Source: Acidobacteriota bacterium (GTDB taxonomy: Bacteria; Acidobacteriota; UBA6911; RPQK01; JAJDTT01). From it: a stretch of DNA of 64,000 nt. This document shows positions 17,091 through 26,948 of the stretch, piece after piece (within the stretch, counting starts at the first letter, position 1; each line of letters begins with the position of its first letter). A program made the position numbers and the translations under genes. The stretch lies in the NCBI GenBank assembly GCA_965217775.1, contig CBDCJH010000002.1, positions 5,696,001 through 5,760,000 on the forward strand. Reading direction: 5' to 3'. Below the pieces are notes generated by a model that did not search any database, had not been told where the DNA came from, and was given only the letters and a program-made list of their open reading frames with translations.

Positions 17091-19382
17091 CTATATCCCC
17101 CCCAGACGCCGCCACATGACCCATTCCGTCATCAGCAGAGCCGCCAGCAGCAGGAAGTTTACCGGCATGTCCCACAACTCCAGAGTCTGGGGGACGGAGG
17201 CGTGGGATTCGACGTAGGAAACCTCCTCCGGGAGATTCCCGACGTCGTCCAGACTGTAATAGTGGCCTCCCGTCTCCTCGGCCAACCAGTTCAGAAACTC
17301 GACCTTGCGGATGGCGTCGTGGAACTCCCGGAGGCCGGATTGCGCCAGGAAGTAGGCGTTCCCGGTCCCATAGGAGATCGCGTCCCCCCCCCGGACCCCC
17401 TCCGCCTCCAACCGGATCTGGTGAAGCCCTTCTTCCTCGGGACGGGTCACCCCTTCATAGATCCCGCCGTCCCGGGAACTCCAGTCCAACTCGATCGCGG
17501 TTTCGCGGCCCGCCGGAGAGACCAGGGTCGCCGCCAGGCGCGCCGACTGGACCGGGTTGAAGGAGGGATCGTAGACTTGGGCCCGAACCTTGACCTCTTC
17601 GCCGTGGGAGTAGATCTCCCGTTCCGTTTCCACTTCCACGGGGTCCTTGGCCGCGTTCACGAGCCAACGCAGGACCTGCTGCCAAAAGTTCTGGTGAGAC
17701 CGGTCCTCATGCTCCTGGAGCATCTGCCAGCGCCAACTGCTGCCGGTGAGGAAAGCCATGGCCAAGCCCCGCCCATAGCGCTGGAAGACCATCAGTGGGA
17801 CCTCCGTCCCATCCTGGGAATCCTGGAGCCGGGCCAGGACCGTGGCGCCCGGCTTGAGGCTCCCCACCCGATTCCAGTCCTTGAGATCGGGCATCTCTTC
17901 CCACTCCCGACGGTTCACCGTTTCGCCGGCGCCGAGTTGCAGGGCGGGATGCCTGAGCCCCTGGGGAGTCAACTGGACCCGGGCCGATCCCCGCCGGTAG
18001 AGGGTGTCGGACGGCGCCCGGTCACCGTCGGGCAACATCCATACCGGCAGCAACTCCTCGACCGGCGTGTTCTGGTATTCCCCTGCGGAAAAAGAGGAAC
18101 TGCCTCCCAGCATGAGGAAGCCGCCGCCCCTCTTGTCCACGAAATCCCGGAGCATCTCCATTTGAGGATAGGTGAAGAAGGAGGATTCCACGCTTCCCAC
18201 CACCAGGGCCCGATACGAGAACAACTCGTCCCGGGTCGAGGGAAAGCCGGCGGCCAGAGTGGTCTCCTCGTCGATACCCTGCCGATAGTATTTGTTGATG
18301 GCGGTTCGCAGGAGGCTCTCCAGACGAAGGTGGCGGTCATCGGAAACCGCGCTCCGAATGAACTTGTATTCCCAGCGGGGCCTCCCTTCCACATAGAGAA
18401 TGCGGTTCTCCAGATCCCGCACGTGAAGCACCGCCGACCGTTCATTGTTCTCCCGCAGGGCCTCGTCCTCGAGCGGCTCGACCCGGAAGCGGTAGATTCG
18501 AATCCCTCTGCTCCGAGGGGTCAGCGGGACCTCCACCAGGGCCGTCTGGGAAAACGGCAGCTTCACGTCCTGAGCCTGAATCAGCGAGTTTCCCTCCCAG
18601 ACCTCCAGTCGACTCTCGCGGCCCTGGTAGCCGTTGATCCTGAGCGTGACCCGGGCAATGGTTCGGGTCTCGGGAACCAGGACCCGGGGAAGGCTCACCT
18701 GGGCCAGCTCCAGGTCGGGCTCCAGCACCCGGGGCCCCACGCCCACGGTATGCACCGGTATTCTTCGCGCCTGGAGATCGGCCAGGACCTCTTTGAACCC
18801 GCCGAAGCCGTTGTCCGCACCGTCGCTGAAGAGAACGATGCCCCCCAGGGCCTCGTGACGGGTGCGGGTCAGTACGTCCCGGAGGGCCCCCGCGATATCG
18901 GTACGGCTCCCCCGCCAGTCCGGTCCCGCATCCTCCCTCAGCAGGCGGGACTCGGCGTCGAATTCCATCCGGAGCAGCCGAAATCGATCATCGAGGCCTT
19001 GGCGCAACGGGCTGCCGGCCTCCAGCAGCGTCCGAACCGGTTCGCCTCGCGCCGTTTCTCCGTCAGCAATGCCCATGCTCAAGGAGTTGTCGACCAGAAG
19101 AGTCAACACGTTCTCCCGCGGCGCCAAGGTGGAGAGCACCAGGCTGGGCCGCATCAGCAGCACGATGATTCCCAGGAGAAACGCCGCTCTGGCGGCCGGC
19201 AGGATCCACCCTCGAGCGGTGGCCCGGCCCAGCCATCGCCGGTACGGCAGCCACGCGGCGAGGAGGACGGCGCAAACCAGGATCGCCAACAGCCACGACT
19301 CCAGGCGCCACTGCAGGAGGAACTCACCCTCCCTGAAGTGGAAAGGCCGGTATTTGAAGAGAAAGGTGAAGATCTGCTCCAT
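17091..19382 (-). CDS. Membrane protein with VWA and glutamine-amidotransferase-like (DUF1355/GATase1-like) domains
   Basis: N-terminal TMs; LVDNSLSM; LFSDG; RILYVEGRPRWEYKF; GGGFLMLGG; QRYGRG..WRW; C-terminal EW.MWRR. Confidence 0.8.
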   Translation of the reverse strand: MEQIFTFLFKYRPFHFREGEFLLQWRLESWLLAILVCAVLLAAWLPYRRWLGRATARGWILPAARAAFLLGIIVLLMRPSLVLSTLAPRENVLTLLVDNSLSMGIADGETARGEPVRTLLEAGSPLRQGLDDRFRLLRMEFDAESRLLREDAGPDWRGSRTDIAGALRDVLTRTRHEALGGIVLFSDGADNGFGGFKEVLADLQARRIPVHTVGVGPRVLEPDLELAQVSLPRVLVPETRTIARVTLRINGYQGRESRLEVWEGNSLIQAQDVKLPFSQTALVEVPLTPRSRGIRIYRFRVEPLEDEALRENNERSAVLHVRDLENRILYVEGRPRWEYKFIRSAVSDDRHLRLESLLRTAINKYYRQGIDEETTLAAGFPSTRDELFSYRALVVGSVESSFFTYPQMEMLRDFVDKRGGGFLMLGGSSSFSAGEYQNTPVEELLPVWMLPDGDRAPSDTLYRRGSARVQLTPQGLRHPALQLGAGETVNRREWEEMPDLKDWNRVGSLKPGATVLARLQDSQDGTEVPLMVFQRYGRGLAMAFLTGSSWRWQMLQEHEDRSHQNFWQQVLRWLVNAAKDPVEVETEREIYSHGEEVKVRAQVYDPSFNPVQSARLAATLVSPAGRETAIELDWSSRDGGIYEGVTRPEEEGLHQIRLEAEGVRGGDAISYGTGNAYFLAQSGLREFHDAIRKVEFLNWLAEETGGHYYSLDDVGNLPEEVSYVESHASVPQTLELWDMPVNFLLLAALLMTEWVMWRRLGGI

Positions 19383-19479
19383 GGGGGCCGCGGCCCGCCT
19401 CCTCCGGCGGATGCAATCCAAGACGGATTTCGATTGCTCCCGCCCAGTCTACTACGCCGGCCTTGCCGCCTAACACATT

Positions 19480-19509
19480 TTGACATTTGGCGAAAAGCTA
19501 ACCTAGAAT
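19480..19509 (+). promoter_or_regulatory. sigma70 promoter upstream of carD
   Basis: TTGACA-18 nt-TAGAAT. Confidence 0.7.
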
Positions 19510-19641
19510 GAGTACAGCCAATCCATCTGGGCGATGTCGGCAGGTCTTTAGGTTCGGCTCTTCCGGCTTCAGTCTTGGACGTTTCGTCCCGTTGGCGGCT
19601 TGGGCTGTCGCGATACTCACACCGCAGTCTCGGAGGCGCAA

Positions 19642-20157
19642 ATGGAATTCAAGGTTGGAGAGAAAGTTGTCTATCCGAATCAGGGAGTCGGCGTCATCAA
19701 GAAGGTGTTCGAGACTCGGATCGCCGGGCAACTGGGGGAGTTCTACATGCTGAAGCTCACCTCCAACAATTCTACGGTGATGGTTCCCATCGGCAATGCT
19801 CTCCACGTCGGGCTGCGAAAGCTCTGCACGGAGGAGCAGTTGGACGAGCTGTTCGAGATCTTGAGCAACGAAACCGGCAAGCCGGAATCCGATTGGAAGA
19901 GCCGCTACAAGGAAAACGTCAACAAGATGAAGTCGGGTTCCATCTTCCAAGTGGCCGAGGTGCTCAAGAATCTCTACTGCCTCAACCAGCAGAAGACCCT
20001 CTCGTTCCGCGAAAAGAAGATGTTCGATCGAGCCCGCCAACTGGTGGTCTCGGAGATCGCGACGGTGCAGGACGAGCCGGATGAGGAGATCGCGGAGCAC
20101 GTGGAGAAGATGCTCTGCGCGGCCTGCGAAGAGGCCAATGCCAGCCTTCCCTCTTGA
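19642..20157 (+). CDS. carD: CarD family transcriptional regulator
   Basis: MEFKVGEKVVYPNQGVG, VMVP..GLR, WKSRYKEN..KMKSG, LSFREK; RBS GGAGG. Confidence 0.93.
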   Translation: MEFKVGEKVVYPNQGVGVIKKVFETRIAGQLGEFYMLKLTSNNSTVMVPIGNALHVGLRKLCTEEQLDELFEILSNETGKPESDWKSRYKENVNKMKSGSIFQVAEVLKNLYCLNQQKTLSFREKKMFDRARQLVVSEIATVQDEPDEEIAEHVEKMLCAACEEANASLPS

Positions 20158-20384
20158 GGCCGTTCCGACAGCGGCGATTGTTTAGCCGTCCGGTCGCAGT
20201 TCGCTACTAATCCCACGCGTCCCTCTCGTGCCGGCCCGGCGGGGAGATCCTCTCCCGGGAGATCTTGCCCCCACAACTCCGAACAATCCAATCTGAAACA
20301 AGTGGATGAACGAGAAGATCCGCCGCCACCGCCCAGAACGCAACGGCGCCGAGAACGCAATGCCTTCTGCGCCTGAACCTGACG

Positions 20385-20759
20385 TCACTCGCCGGTTGCA
20401 CCGGCAGTTCGAAGAAGACCCATCGCGTAAGCAATGCTGATGACGGGAACCACCGAGAATACCAACACAAGTTCCCAGTCTCCCTTCACAGCGCCTGCGG
20501 CAATTCTCTGCGCAAGGGCCAAGTCGGCGATCACGATCACGAGAAGGAGTGCGGCGATGGCGAGGGTGGCTATCCTGGTGAGGCGGGGCGCCAGCACCAG
20601 CAGAAGGACTCCCGCAGCGCCAAGGGGATGAAGGAGCACCACCAGCAGCCGTTCCCAGACCCCTCCACCGTTCGCGAACGCTCCAACCAAGGCCGTAAAT
20701 CCCGCAAACAGCGCGTGGATCACAGCCAGAATCAACAGCAGAATCCTGAAAATAGACAT
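20385..20759 (-). CDS. Hypothetical small membrane protein (4 TM)
   Basis: 124 aa with four hydrophobic segments and an ATG start. Confidence 0.65.
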   Translation of the reverse strand: MSIFRILLLILAVIHALFAGFTALVGAFANGGGVWERLLVVLLHPLGAAGVLLLVLAPRLTRIATLAIAALLLVIVIADLALAQRIAAGAVKGDWELVLVFSVVPVISIAYAMGLLRTAGATGE

Positions 20760-21313
20760 GCTGGCTCAGGTATGACCGAGAACCTGAGTAACGTCAAGAA
20801 CACCATTGTCGAGCGCGGCGGATCAGACTAGCCGTACTCAAACTCGAAGGGTACACGACGCGAAAACTACAGTTGTAATTCCCCCTTGGCGCGGAGCGAC
20901 CGCCAGGACGCTTCTCCTCTCTCAGAGGTCCGCCAACTCCTCTCTTCCTGTGGCGATCAGGTTACCGGACGGGGCACGGTAACGTACTTTACCGACAATC
21001 ATTCGAGGCCTCCGACGATCTGGCGCGCAGCCGTAGAAGGCCCTTAGCGCTTCCGGGGCTGGTGCTCCAGCACCAGGATCCGAGCCGTTTCCCTGCTCCC
21101 GGACCGAATGGGGCCGATCCCGAGAAAAAAGACGCCCTCAGAGGTCCTGTGTTGGCTTGGCGAGGGCGGCCGAAGAGTTTAAGCATAGGCCCCTGGGCGA
21201 TGTCCGGGCTCCGGTAGCGCCTCGCGGCGGAGCGGGGATTTCTCCAGCCGCGCGCAGGCTGTTTTGTGGAGTCTGCGATACGGGCAAGGGATAGACTGAG
21301 GACAGGAGACCTA

Positions 21314-21451
21314 ATGCAAGACCATCATCGTCTCCATCGGTTGGAGGACCTGTTTGAAGGCTTGTGGGAGGCCATCACTCGCCGAAACGTGGCCCGAGCG
21401 CCGTCTTGCTTACTAATGTGCCCTGACATGCTTTTCTTATGGGCGTTCTGA
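21314..21451 (+). CDS. Possible small ORF (45 aa)
   Basis: Good RBS (AGGAGA) before ATG; overlaps the start of the BamD-like gene; no recognisable family. Confidence 0.3.
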   Translation: MQDHHRLHRLEDLFEGLWEAITRRNVARAPSCLLMCPDMLFLWAF

Positions 21452-21996
21452 TCAGACTGTTTTTGTTGTCAATTTCCCTGATCGTCCTTCTCGTCTCCTG
21501 CGGTGACCACGAGGGATTGAAACCCCGGGAGGAGCCCCGCAGCCCGGCTCAGACTCTTTTCGAAAACGGGATGAAGTTGCTAGGCAAGAAGCACTTCATC
21601 GAATCGCGGCGGACCTTTCAGACGCTCATCACCACCTATCCCGATAGCGAATACACTCCCGCCTCATTCCTCTCCATCGCCGACTCCTACTATGAGGAGG
21701 GAGGCAAGGAGAACCTGCTCCAAGCGAAGATTCAGTACAAGGACTTTTTCATCTTCTACCCCGACCATGAAAGAGCAGAATATGCCCAGTTGCGGCTCGC
21801 CGCAGTCTATTATCGGCTCGCAGAGGCCTACGATTGGGACCCCATGTACACTCGGAAGGCGGAGATTGAATTGGGGAAGTTCCTGGAAAACTCTCCTGAC
21901 AGCGAGTTAGTACCGAAGGCGGAAGAGTTGCTCCGGGAGGTGCGGGAGAAGCTCTCCAAGTGTCCAAGTCCGCAAGAAGAGACACATGCCAACTAA
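21439..21996 (+). CDS. Short BamD/YfiO-like TPR lipoprotein
   Basis: LLVSC lipobox; FQTLITTYPDSEY; IADSYY; YKDFFIFYPDH..AEYAQLR; FLENSPDSEL. Confidence 0.8.
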   Translation: MGVLIRLFLLSISLIVLLVSCGDHEGLKPREEPRSPAQTLFENGMKLLGKKHFIESRRTFQTLITTYPDSEYTPASFLSIADSYYEEGGKENLLQAKIQYKDFFIFYPDHERAEYAQLRLAAVYYRLAEAYDWDPMYTRKAEIELGKFLENSPDSELVPKAEELLREVREKLSKCPSPQEETHAN

Positions 21997-22145
21997 AAAT
22001 CCCTGAAAAGAGAGCGCCCAACCCCGCGCCCCCTGGCCTCGCGGAATCCCTCGGCTTCGACGACCCTGAGCCCATAGACGCGTAGAGGCGGAACCGGCGC
22101 GACGATTGGTGGCGCCGAGGTAAGGCGGTAGACGCGTCCCGTAGC

Positions 22146-22385
22146 TTGGTGTTCTTGCTGTTGTTCGGCGCGACGAGTGCATCGGTTCACACCCAGGACC
22201 GCTGGAGCGTCGCGGTCGAGAAGATCGTGCGCCTGGCACCCGCAGCATTCGAGAATGTTCCGCCGGCCATCAGGAAGGCACTTTCCGACCAGGGCTGCTC
22301 GATCCCTCAGACTCATACCTTTTGGAGGAGCATCGACCGGCCTCACAACGTCGTCTCAGGCGCAAGAACCAAGCAGAGAAGGTGA
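22146..22385 (+). pseudogene. Probable truncated secreted hypothetical protein
   Basis: Signal-like N-terminus and a protein-like core (RLAPAAF..GCSIPQ..PHNVVSG) ending abruptly at the palindrome AGAAGGTGACTGTCCCCTTCT. Confidence 0.4.
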
Positions 22386-22919
22386 CTGTCCCCTTCTCAT
22401 CCCGAGGCGGATTGGAACGGACGGCACAGTCGGCGGCGCGGAACAGCGCGGCTTCCCGCTCCCAGCGACCGGTAGGGGGGCGGAAGGGCGTGTCCCGATC
22501 ATTCCCTGGAGCCATCACTGTGCCAAGCAGCGAGGTTGGACTGCTCCCTTCTGATCCACCCCAACAATTCAGATCTCATCTCGAGCCCTGCCGAGCGACT
22601 TCCGATTGGCTGCTTCCGCTGATCGCTCGACTACATCGAAGATCGCCTCCCATACTTTGGCCAACTCGGGAAACGTAGCTTGAGCCTCGGAGGGGGTTGA
22701 GAATGTATTCAATGCACGAAAGAACGCCTTCTGGATCTTGAGCTTGGCTTCTACTTCACCTTGGTAGGCATCTCTCTTCGCCCCGCAGATATTCAGGATG
22801 ACGTGTAAAGAATAAACAGCGAAGCTTCGAGACCGGGGTCTCTTCCTTACACACTCGCCCACCAAGTTGACGAGTCGTCAACAGTGCGGCCTACGAGCCA
22901 GAACTCCTGCTCCGTGCTG

Positions 22920-24257
22920 TTATCGAAGATCCGACGCAAGGGAGGCCAGCGTCTCATCCGCGGCTTGCAACGTCTTCCCGACATCGGCACCGGAGTGGGC
23001 GGCCGAGACGAAGTTGGCTTCGAACTGGGAGGGCGCCGTGTAGATGCCGCGATCCAGCATCCCGCGGAAAAAGGCGGCGAAACGCTGGAGGTCGCAGGCC
23101 TTGGCCTCGGCGAATCCGGTGACCGGACCCTCGCGGTGAAACGGCGTGAACATGGAGCCGCAACGCTGGACCTGTAGGGGGATCGAATGGCGGGCCGCCG
23201 CCTCTCGCAATCCCCGGCAGAGCTTGGATGCCCTTTCCTCCATGGCGCCGTAGGGGCGGTCTCGTTCAAGGATTTCCAGCGTCTTCAGGCCGGCGGCCAC
23301 GGCAATGGGGTTCCCGGAAAGAGTCCCAGCCTGGTAGACGGAGCCTTGGGGAGCCATCAGGTCCATGATCTCCTTGCGCCCTCCGTAGGCGCCGATGGGC
23401 AGTCCTCCTCCCACCACCTTGCCCAAGCAGGTCATGGGAGCCGTCAGCGAGAATCGTTCCTGAGCCCCTCCCAGCGCCACCCGGAACCCGGTGATCACTT
23501 CATCGAAAATGACCACGGCGCCGTGAGCTTCGCCCAACTCCAACACGCCATTCAGAAATCCCTCGTGGGGGAGCAGTACTCCCATGTTGGCGGGCACCGG
23601 CTCCAGAATGACGGCCGCGATCTGATCGGGATAGGCGCCGAAGGCGTCTTCCAGCCGGTCGAGATCGTTGAAGGGAAGGGTCAGCGTCTCCTGGGCAAAG
23701 CCCTTGGGGACGCCGGGGCTGTCGGCCAACCCCAGGGTCAGGACTCCCGATCCGGCCTGGACCAGCAGGCCGTCGGAATGTCCGTGGTAACAGCCGTCGA
23801 ATTTCACCACCAGGGAACGGCCGGTATAGGCTCGGGCCAGCCGCAACGCGGTCATAGTGGCTTCGGTGCCGGAGTTGACCAGTCTCACCTTCTCGATGGA
23901 GGGAAACAGATCGCAGATCTTCTCGGCCAGGAGCACCTCTCCCTCGGTGGGAGCGCCGTAACTGGTTCCCCGCTGAGCGGCTTCGGTCACCGCCTGGACG
24001 ACTTCGGGACGCGCATGCCCCAGGATCAGGGGACCCCAGGAACCCAGATAGTCCACGTAGCGGTTGCCGTCCACGTCCACCACCTGGGATCCGTGGCCCG
24101 AACGCAGGAAGGGAGGACTTCCCCCCACGGCCTTGAAGGCCCGCACCGGACTGTTGACGCCGCCCGGCATGACCTGCCGGGCCCGATCCATCAAGGCAGT
24201 GCTTTCGGCGTTGGCCTGGAGCCTGCCCGCTTCCGACGAGTCGTTCCGGTAATTCAA
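22920..24257 (-). CDS. hemL: Glutamate-1-semialdehyde 2,1-aminomutase
   Basis: MPGGVNSPVRAF, NSGTEATM, GCYHGH, FDEVITGFR, LGKVVGGGLP, YQAGTLSGNP. TTG start with RBS AGGGAG. Confidence 0.96.
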   Translation of the reverse strand: MNYRNDSSEAGRLQANAESTALMDRARQVMPGGVNSPVRAFKAVGGSPPFLRSGHGSQVVDVDGNRYVDYLGSWGPLILGHARPEVVQAVTEAAQRGTSYGAPTEGEVLLAEKICDLFPSIEKVRLVNSGTEATMTALRLARAYTGRSLVVKFDGCYHGHSDGLLVQAGSGVLTLGLADSPGVPKGFAQETLTLPFNDLDRLEDAFGAYPDQIAAVILEPVPANMGVLLPHEGFLNGVLELGEAHGAVVIFDEVITGFRVALGGAQERFSLTAPMTCLGKVVGGGLPIGAYGGRKEIMDLMAPQGSVYQAGTLSGNPIAVAAGLKTLEILERDRPYGAMEERASKLCRGLREAAARHSIPLQVQRCGSMFTPFHREGPVTGFAEAKACDLQRFAAFFRGMLDRGIYTAPSQFEANFVSAAHSGADVGKTLQAADETLASLASDLR

Positions 24258-24277
24258 GGAGTTCTCCCTGGTTTCTA

Positions 24278-25276
24278 CTATTCGTTCCAATCGCCGCGCC
24301 GGATCCTCTCGGCCACCTCGCACGCAAAATAGGTCAGCAGGATGTCGGCCCCGGCCCGGCGGATCGAAAGCAACGTTTCCCTCACGGTCTGATCCCGGTT
24401 CAGCCAACCCTGGGCGAAGGCCGCGCAGAGCGCGCTGTACTCCCCACTTACCTGATATGCCGCCACCGGGACTTCGGACATCCGGCGGATGCGGTGGATG
24501 ATGTCCAGGTAGGGCAGGGCCGGTTTCACCATCACCATGTCGGCCCCTTCCTCCAGGTCCAGGCGGACCTCCCGAACGGCCTCGCGGGCATTTGCCGGAT
24601 CCATCTGGTAGCTCTTTCGATCGCCGAAACTGGGGGCCGACTCGGCCGCTTCCCGAAAAGGCCCGTAGTAGGCGGAGGCGTACTTGGCCGCGTACGAGAG
24701 GATCGCCGTATCCTGGAAACCCTCCGCGTCGAGGGAGCTGCGGATGGCCGCCACCCTTCCGTCCATCATGTCCGACGGAGCCACCACGTGGGCGCCCGCC
24801 CGGGCATAGGCCAGGGCCTCTTTGGAGAGCAGCTCGAGAGTGCCGTCGTTGTCGACGCGGGGCGGATCGTCCAGCAGGCGGCCGCAGTGTCCGTGGTCGG
24901 TGTACTCGCAGAGGCAGACGTCCGCGATCAGCAGCAGGTCCGCCACTTTTTCCCTGGCTTTCCGGAGCGCCCGGCAGATGAGCCCGTCCTCCCGGTATCC
25001 CGCGGTTCCCAGTGCGTCCTTCTCCGACGGGTCCGGGACTCCGAAGAGCATCACTCCGGCGATCTCCAACTCCCGGACACGTTCCAACTCCTGGACCAGA
25101 AGGTCTACCGAGTACCGGAACTGGCCCGGCATGGACGGGATCTCCTCCCGGACGCCCCGTCCCTCGCGAACGAACATGGGATAGATCATCTGTCCCGGCT
25201 CGAGGCGGGTCTCCCGGACCATGCGGCGCAGTCGGGGACTGGTTCGAAGGCGGCGGGGGCGGATGGTGATTGCCAT
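24278..25276 (-). CDS. hemB: Porphobilinogen synthase (Zn-binding type)
   Basis: RPRRLR, DVCLCEYTDHGHCG, APSDMMDGR, KYASAYYGPFR, MVKPALPYLD. Confidence 0.97.
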   Translation of the reverse strand: MAITIRPRRLRTSPRLRRMVRETRLEPGQMIYPMFVREGRGVREEIPSMPGQFRYSVDLLVQELERVRELEIAGVMLFGVPDPSEKDALGTAGYREDGLICRALRKAREKVADLLLIADVCLCEYTDHGHCGRLLDDPPRVDNDGTLELLSKEALAYARAGAHVVAPSDMMDGRVAAIRSSLDAEGFQDTAILSYAAKYASAYYGPFREAAESAPSFGDRKSYQMDPANAREAVREVRLDLEEGADMVMVKPALPYLDIIHRIRRMSEVPVAAYQVSGEYSALCAAFAQGWLNRDQTVRETLLSIRRAGADILLTYFACEVAERIRRGDWNE

Positions 25277-25318
25277 TGGGAGATCCGGCTTCAACCCGAC
25301 CGGGGGCGGTTTATGAAG

Positions 25319-25391
25319 TGGCGGTGGAGGGACTCGAACCCCCGACTCGGCGGATATGAGCCGCCTGCTCTGACCACTGAGCTACACCGCC
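25319..25391 (-). tRNA. tRNA-Met(CAT), elongator type; CCA not encoded
   Basis: GGCGGTGTAGCTCAGTGGTCAGAGCA-GGCGG-CTCATAT-CCGCC-GAGTC-GGGGGTTCGAGTCCCTC-CACCGCC-A. G1:C72 pair and GGC acceptor start. Confidence 0.92.
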
Positions 25392-25402
25392 AACGGCGTT
25401 CG

Positions 25403-25432
25403 AATATAACCGAACGGACGCCGCTACATCAA
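25403..25432 (-). promoter_or_regulatory. Putative sigma70 promoter for tRNA-Met/hemBL
   Basis: TTGATG-18 nt-TATATT just upstream of the tRNA. Confidence 0.5.
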
Positions 25433-25472
25433 CGCGGCAGCGACGGTCGATTCGGCAATCTGGCGGTCTGGT

Positions 25473-26732
25473 TCAAACGGCGGCCGACGCCACGGTGAGG
25501 GCCTCTTCCCGGGATTCGTACCACTCCCGGAAGACCATGAGGTTCGGGCGCATCACCGTCGCGATCTGGGCGCTCCCCATAAAGATGTCCTGGCTCTTGT
25601 AGCCGTTGCCCGTGATCCCCACCACCACCGATTCGTCGGGCCGGATCCGGTTCTGGCGGAGGAGCTTGATGGTGACCGCCAAAGTGGTCCCTCCGGCCGG
25701 TTCGGTGAAGACGCCCTCGGTCTCGGCCAGAAGACGGATGGCGGCCAGGATTTCCTCATCTTCGGCCATCTCGCCCCAGCCGCCCGATTGGCGAACGTCT
25801 TGCAGCACGTAGGGGCCGTCGGCCGGGTCGCCGATGGCGATGGACTTGGCCACTGTGTTCGGTTTCTCGGGATTGATGTAGTCGAGTCCCTGATGGAGGG
25901 CCCGGATCACGGGCGCGCATCCGGCCGCCTGCGCGCAGTGGATCTTGGTGTGTCCGTCGGCCCAGCCCAGTTGCACCACCTCGTCAAGAGCCTTGACGAC
26001 GCGGGGAAGAAGGGTTCCTCCGGCGGTGGGAAGGACCAGGTGGTCGGGGAGTCGCCAGCCCAACTGTTCCACGATCTCATAACCCAGGGTCTTGGCCCCT
26101 TCGGTGTAGTAGGGCCTGAGGTTCACGTTGACGAACCCCCAGCCGTAGTGGTCGCCGATTTCGGCACAAAGGCGGTTTACGTCGTCGTAGTTGCCCTCCA
26201 GGCCCACGAGTTCGGGCCCATGGATGAGCGACCCGAGGATCTTGCTCGGTTCCGTCGTCGTGGGAATGAAGATAAGGCAGGGAAGACCGGTCCGGGCGCA
26301 GTGGGCCGCCACCGAGTTGCCGAGATTGCCGGTGGATGCACAGGAGAAGACCTCGTATCCCAACTCCCTGCCCCGGCTCACGGCGATGGAGACGACTCGG
26401 TCCTTGTAGGAAAAGCTGGGATGATTGACCGAATCGTCCTTGAGATAGAGCTCCTTCAGGCCCAGCCGGCGGGCCAGCCGATCCGCCCGAATCAGAGGAG
26501 TGAAGCCGGAGTGGAATCCGGTCACCGGCGCTCCGTCCAAGGGCAGCAACTCCCGGTAACGCCATAGATTCGGGGACCGCCCGGCGATCTTGCCGGGGTC
26601 CAGATGGGCCCCGATCTTCTCGTAGTCGTACAGGACCTCCAAGGGACCGAAGCACTCCAGACAGATGTAGCTTCGATCCGCGGGGTAGCGGTGTCCGCAC
26701 TCCTTGCAGCCCAAACCTGTCAAGTAACTCAT
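25473..26732 (-). CDS. thrC: Threonine synthase-like PLP enzyme
   Basis: CxxC..CxxC N-terminus; GFTPLIRA; NHPSFSYKDR (PLP Lys); CASTGN; EGAKT; TEGVFTEPAGG; ITGNGYK. Confidence 0.85.
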   Translation of the reverse strand: MSYLTGLGCKECGHRYPADRSYICLECFGPLEVLYDYEKIGAHLDPGKIAGRSPNLWRYRELLPLDGAPVTGFHSGFTPLIRADRLARRLGLKELYLKDDSVNHPSFSYKDRVVSIAVSRGRELGYEVFSCASTGNLGNSVAAHCARTGLPCLIFIPTTTEPSKILGSLIHGPELVGLEGNYDDVNRLCAEIGDHYGWGFVNVNLRPYYTEGAKTLGYEIVEQLGWRLPDHLVLPTAGGTLLPRVVKALDEVVQLGWADGHTKIHCAQAAGCAPVIRALHQGLDYINPEKPNTVAKSIAIGDPADGPYVLQDVRQSGGWGEMAEDEEILAAIRLLAETEGVFTEPAGGTTLAVTIKLLRQNRIRPDESVVVGITGNGYKSQDIFMGSAQIATVMRPNLMVFREWYESREEALTVASAAV

Positions 26733-26779
26733 CCTGCTTCGCCTTTCCCCTGTCCCGGCCGTTCGGAGGGCCCGACAAT

Positions 26780-26810
26780 AAAAAAAGCCCTTTCCCGCAG
26801 AGAAAGGGCT
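26780..26810 (-). terminator. Intrinsic terminator (SAM riboswitch expression platform)
   Basis: AGCCCTTTC-loop-GAAAGGGCT followed by a T-run, between the aptamer and the thrC start. Confidence 0.85.
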
Positions 26811-26824
26811 ACCGCGCAACCGGG

Positions 26825-26935
26825 CTTATCTTCCAGACAAGCGGTTAAAACCGTCTGCGGGAATTGGCACCGTACCATTCAAGGGCCGGTTGCCGTGACA
26901 TCCTAGGGCCCGATCCCTCCGTCACTCTGGATAAG
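26825..26935 (-). ncRNA. SAM-I (S-box) riboswitch
   Basis: CTTATCCAGAG..GGAGGGA.CGGGCCC..GATG..CGGCAACC..GGTGCCAATTCC..GCAG..CTGGAAGATAAG consensus. Confidence 0.95.
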
Positions 26936-26948
26936 GACAAGAAATGAA

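Noticed and set aside
5494-19511. Long plus-strand ORFs (955, 785, 583, 441, 769 aa)
   Set aside because: Shadow ORFs opposite real minus-strand genes, caused by high-GC codon bias; no motifs.
21121-21210. 6S RNA candidate
   Set aside because: Only a short hairpin with an A-run; the long rod with a central bubble could not be established by eye.
25319-25391. tRNA-Ile2(CAU), suggested by nearby tilS
   Set aside because: The acceptor stem GGCGGTG fits elongator tRNA-Met. The paired 1:72 position also argues against fMet.
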